From the human T2T-CHM13v2.0 reference genome, Homo sapiens, in contig CP086569.2 in assembly GCA_009914755.4 (NCBI GenBank), positions 60,640,001-60,704,000 of the forward strand: a DNA stretch of 64,000 nucleotides, read 5' to 3'. Shown here piece after piece: positions 39,572 through 64,000 of the stretch (positions are counted from its first letter, which is position 1; each line of letters begins with the position of its first letter). The notes under the pieces were generated by a model, which made no database searches, had not been told where the DNA came from, and saw only the letters and a program-made list of their open reading frames with translations. Position numbers and translations under genes: made by a program.

Positions 39572-41699
39572 AGATCCATATTTTTTAAATGAAAAAAAAT
39601 TTCAAAGGTACTCTTCTTGGTACAATAATCAAATGTATAAACTGAGGAATAAAACATAACCATGAAACCTACTTATAACTGCATATGGAAAATACAGAGG
39701 ATAATTTTTTAAATAACATATTTTGAAAGCCTTAACTAGTAATTTGAAGAGTTGGCATTTGAAAGGCCAGTATGAATATACCTTCAAAGCAGCAACACAG
39801 GTTCCCCATGAGAAAAAGCAAACACAGGGAAAATAAAAACACAAAGGTTCAATCTCTTCTGACCTTTGAAAGACACAGCACAGACAGTGGTCCTTAGGAC
39901 GAAGAGCAGGAGACCCCTAATTCCGTCACCATGGCGATAGGGCATAAACATTGCTGGGTGAGGGCACAATCCACATTGTGAGGTCCAACTGCTGCCAGGA
40001 AGACAGGAGTGCTTTTACATAGACCGAAAGGTCATTGAAGGCTCAGAGTTTTGTTTCAAGAACTGAATCCCAAGCCCACACGTTATTAGGCTGCGCTTCT
40101 TAAAACAAGTTATGAGATGGGAAAAAGGGCACCCACAAACATACGTATACATTATGTATATAATAATATACAGTATCATATATATAATATATATAACCTA
40201 TGTATAATATTGTTTTACATCCTGCATCTTATGTTATATATATTGTATAAAATATAATAATTGATAATATATAAGTTTTATAATTATACAATATGACATA
40301 TAGTATATATTATAATTTATGACATATATAATATATGTTATATGTCATATATAGAATATATTATACGGTTAATATACGTATTAAATATAAATTATACATT
40401 ATATATATTATATATAATATATCTGTTATATATAATACCCATTATGCATAATATATATATTATGTCTATGTTATATATAGTATAAAACAACATATAATAA
40501 TATATAGTTGTATATATAAAATGCGACATAAAATATATATTATATTTTATGACATATGTAATATATATTATATATTATATATAATACGTTGTATGTATAA
40601 TACCTATATTAAATATATATTATATGACTATGTTATTAATTACATGTCACATATTTTATATATTATATATTTTACATGGAATATAAAGGTAACATACAAT
40701 ATATACTATGTTACCTATAATGTATAATTGATTACATGTGAAATAAAGAATGCAATATATTATGTATAGTTTATAATATACAATATGTGGAATGTGATAT
40801 ATATAACATATAATATATGATATATGATATACAGTATATGGTATATAACATACAATATATGATACCTAATATATATGGTATACAATATATATTTTATGAT
40901 ATGTATTCTATATGTTTTATATTCTGTTATATATAACTATTTGAAATTATATATAACTGTATAATATTTTATGTAAATATGTAATATAATATATATAACT
41001 ATATGATATATTATATATAACTATATATTATGTTATATATACTTTCATAACATAATTTACATAAAATGTCATAATATAATATATATTATATTATTTCATA
41101 TTACATAATATATATTACATATCACCCAACATAAGTAACATACATAATATTATAATATAGATTATATTATATTATATTAAATATCATATATATCATGTAT
41201 CATATATTCTAAAATATATATTACACATTATATAATATGTATGTTGTCTATTATGTGATATATATAACTATATATATAATTATATTATTATACATATAAC
41301 TAGATAAACATGTAATTCTACATATTTTCATTTATAATATATAGAATTATATAATCATATATAATTATTTATATTCTATAAAAAATTATATCATTATATA
41401 AATTATAATATATAAAAATAATTATATGTACTACAAATATATATATTATATATCATATATGATATAGTACCTTTGTTATATATCATAATACATATAAATG
41501 TGTATTATGTTATCTATAATTATATAATTTCATATATAAGATGTATAATATGTATTATATATTATACACGTTATGTAATATATATAGTATATATAAGATG
41601 ACACAGGATAAATATTATATACTATGACATATAAAATATATGAGGTTATATGTCACATATAAGGCATAGCACATAACATGTAATATATATCATATATAA
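39280..41699. repeat. Satellite unit 17. It is a mosaic that is type A through the first half of its body and switches to type B at about 40450-40520.
   Basis: A markers run up to about 40440. B markers run from 'gcgacataaaatat' at about 40521 onward. Confidence 0.85.
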
Positions 41700-41991
41700 T
41701 TTTTTTTTAGACACAGTCTTGTCCTGTTGCACAGGGTGGGGTACAATGGCGCCAAGTTTGCTCACTGCAACATCTGCCTCACGGGTCCAAGCGATTGTCC
41801 TCCCTCAGCCTCCCAGGTAGCTGGGACTACACCACACTGGGACTACACCAGCTGCCACCATGCCTAGCTAATTTTTTGGATTTTTAGTAGTGACAGCGTT
41901 TCACTGTATTGGCCAGGATGGTCTTGATCTCTTCACCTTGTGATCCCCTTGCCTTGGCCTCCAAATTTGCTGGGATTACAGGCCTGAGCCA
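41700..41991 (-). mobile_element. Alu fragment of unit 18.
   Basis: Same. Confidence 0.92.
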
Positions 41992-44118
41992 AGATCCATA
42001 TTTTGTAAATGAAAAAAAATTTCAAAGGTACTCTGCTTGGTACAATAATCAAATGTATAAACTGAGGAATAAAACATAACCATGAAACCTACTTATAACT
42101 GCATATGGAAAATACAGAGGATAATTTTTTAAATAACATATTTTGAAAGCCTTAACTAGTAATTTGAAGAGTTGGCATTTGAAAGGCCAGTATGAATATA
42201 CCTTCAAAGCAGCAACACAGGTTCCCCATGAGAAAAAGCAAACTCAGGGAAAATGAAACCACAAAGGTTCAATCTCTTCTGACCTTTGAAAGACACAGCA
42301 CAGACAGTGGTCCTTAGGACGAAGAGCAGGAGACCCCTAATTCCGTCACCATGGCGATAGGGCATAAACATTGCTGGGTGAGGGCACAATCCACATTGTG
42401 AGGTCCAACTGCTGCCAGGAAGACAGGAGTGCTTTTAAATAGACCTAAATGTCATTGAAGGCTCAGAGTTTTGTTTCAAGAACTGAATCCCAAGCCCACA
42501 CGTTATTAGGCTGCGCTTCCCAAAACAAGTTGTGAGATGGGAAAAAGCGCACCCACAAACGTACGTATACATTATGTATATAATAATATACAGTATCATA
42601 TATATAATATATATAACCTATGTATAATATTGTTTTACATCCTGCATCTTATATTATATATATTGTATAAAATATAATAATTGATAATATATATGTTTTA
42701 TATTTATACAATATGACATATAGTATATATTATAATTTATGACATATATAATATATGTTATATATCATATATAGAATATATTATACGGTAATATACGTAT
42801 TAAATATAAACTATACATTATATATATTATATATAATATATCTGTTATATATAACACCCATTATGCATAATATATACATTATGTCTATGTTATATATAGT
42901 ATAAAACAACACATAATAATATATAATTGTATATATAAAATGCGACATAAAATATATATTATATTTTATGACATATGTAATATATATTATATATTATATA
43001 TAATACGTTGTATGTATAATACCTATATTAAATATATATTATATGACTATGTTATTTATTACATGTCACATATGTTATATATTATATATTTTACATAGAA
43101 TATACCGGTTACATACAATATATACTATGTTACCTACAATGTATAATTGATTACATGTAAAATAAAGAATGCAATATATTATGTATAATTTATAATATAC
43201 AATATGTGGAATGTGATATATATAACATATATTATATGATATATGATATACAGTATATGATATATAACATACAATATATGATACCTAATATATACGGTAT
43301 AAAATATATATTTTATGATATGTATTCTCTATGTTTTATATTCTGTTATATATAACTATTTGAAATTATATATAACTGTATAATATTTTATGTAAATATG
43401 TAATATAATATATATAACTATATAATATATTATATATAACTATATAGTATGTTATATATACTTTTATAACATAATTTACATAAAATATCATAATATAATA
43501 TATATTATATTATTTCATATTACATAATATATATTACATATCACCCAACATAAGTAACATACATAATATTATAATATAGATTATATTAAGTTATATTAAA
43601 TATCATATATATCATGTATCATATATTCTATAATATATATTACACATTATATAATATGTATTATGTCTATTATGTGATATATATAACTATATATATAATT
43701 ATATTATTATACATATAACTAGATAAACATGTAATTCTACATATTTTCATTTATAATATATAGAATTATATAATCATATATAATTATTTATATTCTATAA
43801 AAAATTATGTCATTATATAAATTATAATATATAAAAATTATAATATGTACTACAAATATATATATTATATATCATATATGATATAGTACCTTTGTTATAT
43901 ATCATAATACATATAAATGTGTATTATGTTATCTATAATTATATAATTTCATATATAAGATGTATAATATGTATCATATATTATATATGTTATGTAATAT
44001 ATATAGTATATATAAGATGACACAGGATAAATATTATATACTATGACATATAAAATATATGAGGTTATATGTTACATATAAGGCATAGCACATAACATGT
44101 AATATATATCATATATAA
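41700..44118. repeat. Satellite unit 18 (type B).
   Basis: The Alu has 'agacacagtctt'. The unique segment has the B marker. Confidence 0.9.
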
Positions 44119-46831
<2,713 letters not shown>

Positions 46832-47888
46832 AGATCCATATTTTTTAAATGAAAAAAAATTTCAAAGGTACTCTGCTTGGTACAATAATCAAATGTATAA
46901 ACTGAGGAATAAAACATAACCATGAAACCTACTTATAACTGCATATGGAAAATACAGAGGATAATTTTTTAAATAACATATTTTGAAAGCCTTAACTAGT
47001 AATTTGAAGAGTTGGCATTTGAAAGGCCAGTATGAATATACCTTCAAAGCAGCAACACAGGTTCCCCTTGAGAAAAAGCAAACTCAGAGAAAATGAAACC
47101 ACAAAGGTTCAATCTCTTCTGACCTTTGAAAGACACAGCACAGACAGTGGTCCTTAGGACGAAGAGCAGGAGACCCCTAATTCCGTCACCATGGCGATAG
47201 GGCATAAACATTGCTGGGTGAGGGCACAATCCACATTGTGAGGTCCAACTGCTGCCAGGAAGACAGGAGTGCTTTTACATAGACCGAAAGGTCATTGAAG
47301 GCTCAGAGTTTTGTTTCAAGAACTGAATCCCAAGCCCACACGTTATTAGGCTGCGCTTCTTAAAACAAGTTATGAGATGGGAAAAAGGGCACCCACAAAC
47401 ATACGTATACATTATGTATATAATAATATACAGTATCATATATATAATATATATAACCTATGTATAATATTGTTTTACATCCTGCATCTTATGTTATATA
47501 TATTGAATAAAATATAATAATTGATAATATATAAGTTTTATATTTATACAATATGACATATAGTATATATTATAATTTATGACATATATAATATATGTTA
47601 TATATCATATATAGAATATATTATACGGTTAATATACGTATTAAATATAAATTATACATTATATATATTATATATAATATATCTGTTATATATAATACCC
47701 CTTATGCATAATATATATATTATGTCTATGTTATATATAGTATAAAACAACACATAATAATATATAATTGTATACATAAAATGCGACATATAATATATAT
47801 TATATTTTATGACATATGTAATATATATTATATATTATATATATTACGTTGTATGTATAATACCTATATTAAATATATATTATATGAC

Positions 47889-48056
47889 CTATATTAAATA
47901 TATATTATTTATATATATTTATTATATATTTAATATATATTATATATAATATAAATATATTTAATATATATAATATATATTAAATATATATTATATGACC
48001 TATATATATATATATTATATAATATATATTTATAATAATATAAATATATATTATAT
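47889..48056. repeat. A ~168-bp AT-only insertion or expansion private to unit 20. It is partly palindromic.
   Basis: In unit 20 about 168 bp interrupt the canonical 'aaatatatattatatgac|tatgttattaattacatg'. The flanking motif 'ctatattaaatatatattat' is duplicated. The inverted pair 'atatatttaatatatat' and 'atatatattaaatatat' is present. Confidence 0.8.
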
Positions 48057-49129
48057 GTAATGTTATTAATTACATGTCACATGTGTTATATATTATATAT
48101 TTTACATAGAATATACCGGTTACATACAATATATACTATGTTACCTACAATGTATAATTGATTACATGTAAAATAAAGAATGCAATATATTATGTATAAT
48201 TTATAATATACAATATGTGGAATGTGATATATATAACATATAATATATGATATATGATATAGAGTATATGATATATAACATACAATATATGATACCTAAT
48301 ATATATGGTATACAATATATATTTTATGATATGTATTCTATATGTAATATATTCTCTTATATATAACTATTTGAAATTATATATAACTGTATAATATTTT
48401 ATGTAAATATGTAATATAATATATATAAGTATATAATATATTATATATAACTATATATTATGTTATATATACTTTTATAACATAATTTACATAAAATATC
48501 ATAATATAATATATATTATATTATTTCATATTACATAATATATATTACATATCACCCAATATAAGTAACATACATAATATTATAATATAGATTATATTAT
48601 GTTATATTAAATATCATATATATCATGTATCATATATTCTATAATATATATTATACATTATATAATATGTATGTTGTCTTTTATGTGATATATATAACTA
48701 TATATATAATTATATTATTATACATATAACTAGATAAACATGTAATTCTACATATTTTCATTTATAATATAGAGAATTATATAATCATATATAATTATTT
48801 ATATTCCATAAAAAATTATATCATTATATAAATTATAATATATAAAAATTATAATATGTACTACAAATATATATATTATATATCATATATGATATAGTAC
48901 CTTTGTTATATATCATAAAACATATAAATGTGTATTATGTTATCTATAATTATATAATTTCATATATAAGATGTATAATATGTATCATATATTATATATG
49001 TTATGTAATATATATAGTATATATAAGATGACACAGGATAAATATTATATACTATGACATATAAAATATACGAGGTTATATGTTACATATAAGGCATAGC
49101 ACATAACATGTAATATATATCATATATAA

Positions 49130-49421
49130 TTTTTTTTTAGACAGAGCCTTGTCGTGTTGCACAGGGTGGGGTACAATGGCGCCATCTTTGCTCACTGCAA
49201 CATCTGCCTCACGGGTCCAAGCGATTGTCCTCCCTCAGCCTCCCAGGTAGCTGGGACTACACCACACTGGGACTACACCAGCTGCCACCATGCCTAGCTA
49301 ATTTTTTGGATTTTTAGTAGTGACAGCATTTCACTGTATTGGCCAGGATGGTATTGATCTCTTCACCTTGTGATCCCCTTGCCTTGGCATCCAAATTTGC
49401 TGGGATTACAGGCCTGAGCCA
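49130..49421 (-). mobile_element. Alu fragment of unit 21.
   Basis: Same. Confidence 0.92.
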
Positions 49422-51547
49422 AGATCCATATTTTGTAAATGAAAAAAAATTTCAAAGGTACTCTGCTTGGTACAATAATCAAATGTATAAACTGAGGAAT
49501 AAAACGTAACCATGAAACCTACTTATAACTGCATATGGAAAATACAGAGGATAATTTTTTAAATAACATATTTTGAAAGCCTTAACTAGTAATTTGAAGA
49601 GTTGGCATTTGAAAGGCCAGTATGAATATACCTTCAAAGCAGCAACACAGGTTCCCCATGAGAAAAAGCAAACTCAGGGAAAATGAAACCACAAAGGTTC
49701 AATCTCTTCTGACCTTTGAAAGACACAGCACAGACAGTGGTCCTTAGGACGAAGAGCAGGAGACCCCTAATTCCGTCACCATGGCGATAGGGCATAAACA
49801 TTGCTGGGTGAGGGCACAATCCACATTGTGAGGTCCAACTGCTGCCAGGAAGACAGGAGTGCTTTTACATAGACCGAAAGGTCATTGAAGGCTCAGAGTT
49901 TTGTTTCAAGAACTGAATCCCAAGCCCTCACGTTATTAGGCTGCGCTTCTTAAAACAAGTTATGAGATGGGAAAAAGGGCACCCACAAACATACGTATAT
50001 ATTATGTATATAATAATATACAGTATCATATATATAATATATATAACCTATGTATAATATTGTTTTACATCCTGCATCTTATGTTATATATATTGTATAA
50101 AATATAATAATTGATAATATATAAGTTTTATATTTATACAATATGACATATAGTATATATTATAATTTATGACGTATATAATATATGTTATATATCATAT
50201 ATAGAATATATTATACGGTTAATATACGTATTAAATATAAATTATACATTATATATTATATATAATATATCTGTTATATATAATACTCATTATGCATAAT
50301 ATATATATTATGTCTATGTTATATATAGTATAAAACAACATATAATAATATATAATTGTATATATAAAATGCGACATATAATACATATTATATTTTATGA
50401 CATATGTAATATATATTATATATTATATATAATACGTTGTATGTATAATACCTATATTAAATATATATTATATGACTATGTTATTAATTACATGTCACAT
50501 GTGTTATATATTATATATTTTTCATAGAATATACCGGTTACATACAATATATACTCTGTTACCTATAATGTATAATTTATTGCATGTAAAATAAAGAATG
50601 CAATATATTATGTATAATTTATAATATACAATATGTGGAATGTGATATATATAACAGATAATATATGATATATGATATACAGTATATGATATATAACATA
50701 TAATATATGATACCTAGTATATATGGTATACAATATATATTTTACGATATGTATTCTATATGTTTTATATTCTGTTATATATAACTAATTGAAATTATAT
50801 ATAACTGTATAATATTTTATGTAAATATGTAATATAATATATATAACTATATAATATAATATATATAACTATATATTATGTTATATATACTTTTATAACA
50901 TAATTTACATAAAATATCATAATATAATATATATTATATTATTTCATATTACATAATATATATTACATATCACCCAATATAAGTAACATACATAATATTA
51001 AATTATATATTATATTATGTTATATTAAATATTATATATATCATGTATCATATATTCTATAATATATATTACACATTATATAATATGTATGTTGTCTATT
51101 ATGTGATATATATAACTATATATATAATTATATTATTATACATATAACTAGATAAACATGTAATTCTACTCATTTTCATTTATAATATATAGAATTATAT
51201 AATCATATATAATTATTTATATTCTATGAAAAATTATATCATTATATAAATTATAATATATAAAAATTATAATATGTACTACAAATATATATATTATATA
51301 TCATATATGATATAGTACCTTTGTTATATATCATAATACATATAAATGTGTATTATGTTATCTATAATTTTATAATTTCATATATAAGATGTATAATATG
51401 TATCATATATTATATATGTTATGTAATATATATAGTATATATAAGATGACACAGGATAAATATTATATACTATGACATATAAAATATACGAGGTTATATG
51501 TTACATATAAGGCATAGCACATAACATGTAATATATATCATATATAA
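49130..51547. repeat. Satellite unit 21 (type B, first of a near-identical triple).
   Basis: Private variants shared with units 22 and 23 are 'agagccttgtcgtg', 'ggtattgatc', 'aaaacgtaacc', 'agccctcacg' and 'tttttcatagaat'. Confidence 0.9.
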
Positions 51548-51839
51548 TTTTTTTTTAGACAGAGCCTTGTCGTGTTGCACAGGGTGGGGTACAATGGCGC
51601 CATCTTTGCTCACTGCAACATCTGCCTCACGGGTCCAAGCGATTGTCCTCCCTCAGCCTCCCAGGTAGCTGGGACTACACCACACTGGGACTACACCAGC
51701 TGCCACCATGCCTAGCTAATTTTTTGGATTTTTAGTAGTGACAGCGTTTCACTGTATTGGCCAGGATGGTATTGATCTCTTCACCTTGTGATCCCCTTGC
51801 CTTGGCTTCCAAATTTGCTGGGATTACAGGCCTGAGCCA
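51548..51839 (-). mobile_element. Alu fragment of unit 22.
   Basis: Same. Confidence 0.92.
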
Positions 51840-53965
51840 AGATCCATATTTTGTAAATGAAAAAAAATTTCAAAGGTACTCTGCTTGGTACAAAAATCAA
51901 ATGTATAAACTGAGGAATAAAACGTAACCATGAAACCTACTTATAACTGCATATGGAAAATACAGAGGATAATTTTTTAAATAACATATTTTGAAAGCCT
52001 TAACTAGTAATTTGAAGAGTTGGCATTTGAAAGGCCAGTATGAATATACCTTCAAAGCAGCAACACAGGTTCCCCATGAGAAAAAGCAAACTCAGGGAAA
52101 ATGAAACCACAAAGGTTCAATCTCTTCTGACCTTTGAAAGACACAGCACAGACAGTGGTCCTTAGGACGAAGAGCAGGAGACCCCTAATTCCGTCACCAT
52201 GGCGATAGGGCATAAACATTGCTGGGTGAGGGCACAATCCACATTGTGAGGTCCAACTGCTGCCAGGAAGACAGGAGTGCTTTTACATAGACCGAAAGGT
52301 CATTGAAGGCTCAGAGTTTTGTTTCAAGAACTGAATCCCAAGCCCTCACGTTATTAGGCTGCGCTTCTTAAAACAAGTTATGAGATGGGAAAAAGGGAAC
52401 CCACAAACATACGTATATATTATGTATATAATAATATACAGTATCATATATATAATATATATAACCTATGTATAATATTGTTTTACATCCTGCATCTTAT
52501 GTTATATATATTGTATAAAATATAATAATTGATAATATATAAGTTTTATATTTATACAATATGACATATAGTATATATTATAATTTATGACGTATATAAT
52601 ATATGTTATATATCATATATAGAATATATTATACGGTTAATATACGTATTAAATATAAATTATACATTATATATTATATATAATATATCTGTTATATATA
52701 ATACTCATTATGCATAATATATATATTATGTCTATGTTATATATAGTATAAAACAACATATAATAATATATAATTGTATATATAAAATGCGACATATAAT
52801 ACATATTATATTTTATGACATATGTAATATATATTATATATTATATATAATACGTTGTATGTATAATACCTATATTAAATATATATTATATGACTATGTT
52901 ATTAATTACATGTCACATGTGTTATATATTATATATTTTTCATAGAATATACCGGTTACATACAATATATACTCTGTTACCTATAATGTATAATTTATTG
53001 CATGTAAAATAAAGAATGCAATATATTATGTATAATTTATAATATACAATATGTGGAATGTGATATATATAACAGATAATATATGATATATGATATACAG
53101 TATATGATATATAACATACAATATATGATACTTAGTATATATGGTATACAATATATATTTTATGATATGTATTCTATATGTTTTATATTCTGTTATATAT
53201 AACTAATTGAAATTATATATAACTGTATAATATTTTATGTAAATATGTAATATAATATATATAACTATATAATATAATATATATAACTATATATAATGTT
53301 ATATATACTTTTATAACATAATTTACATAAAATATCATAATATAATATATATTATATTATTTCATATTACATAATATATATTACATATCACCCAATATAA
53401 GTAACATACATAATATTAAATTATATATTATATTATGTTATATTAAATATTATATATATCATGTATCATATATTCTATAATATATATTACACATTATATA
53501 ATATGTATGTTGTCTATTATGTGATATATATAACTATATATATAATTATATTATTATACATATAACTAGATAAACATGTAATTCTACTCATTTTCATTTA
53601 TAATATATAGAATTATATAATCATATATAATTATTTATATTCTATGAAAAATTATATCATTATATAAATTATAATATATAAAAATTATAATATGTACTAC
53701 AAATATATATATTATATATCATATATGATATAGTACCTTTGTTATATATCATAATACATATAAATGTGTATTATGTTATCTATAATTTTATAATTTCATA
53801 TATAAGATGTATAATATGTATCATATATTATATATGTTATGTAACATATATAGTATATATAAGATGACAAAGGATAAATATTATATACTATGACATATAA
53901 AATATACGAGGTTATATGTTACATATAAGGCATAGCACATAAAATGTAATATATATCATATATAA
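51548..53965. repeat. Satellite unit 22 (type B, second of the triple).
   Basis: It carries the same private variants as unit 21. Confidence 0.9.

Positions 53966-64000
<10,035 letters not shown>

Overview
This window is not a gene-bearing or prokaryotic region. All 64 kb is a single primate (human-type) macrosatellite array with a unit of about 2.42 kb. It holds 26 head-to-tail copies plus partial units at both edges. Each unit has three parts. First, one antisense Alu element (about 291 bp, with the poly-T of its A-tail on the + strand, many CpG sites decayed, and an internal ~16-bp duplication). Second, a roughly 570-bp moderately GC-containing segment of unknown origin. Third, a roughly 1.56-kb complex, non-microsatellite segment of about 85% A+T. 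This architecture matches what is described for the DYZ2 / HSat1B satellite of human Yq12, which is also present on acrocentric short arms. That naming rests on recall of the published unit structure, not on a database search. There are no tRNA or rRNA genes, no CRISPR, no prokaryotic signals and no credible protein-coding genes. The ORFs in the supplied track recur once per unit because the DNA is tandemly repeated. They are short, overlap each other and are broken by indels. The interesting content is the internal structure of the array. Units fall into two variant types (A and B) arranged in blocks. Some units are mosaics with sharp A-to-B switch points. Some adjacent units are near-identical, including a run of three. 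The first 15 kb shows a local two-unit alternation, and units 10 units apart share private markers. One unit carries a 168-bp AT-palindromic insertion. One Alu-less partial unit sits at a microhomology deletion junction. One embedded unit has an Alu retaining consensus-like states. Divergence rises steeply over the last ~5 kb, suggesting an older domain or the approach to the array edge. I found no novel biological system.
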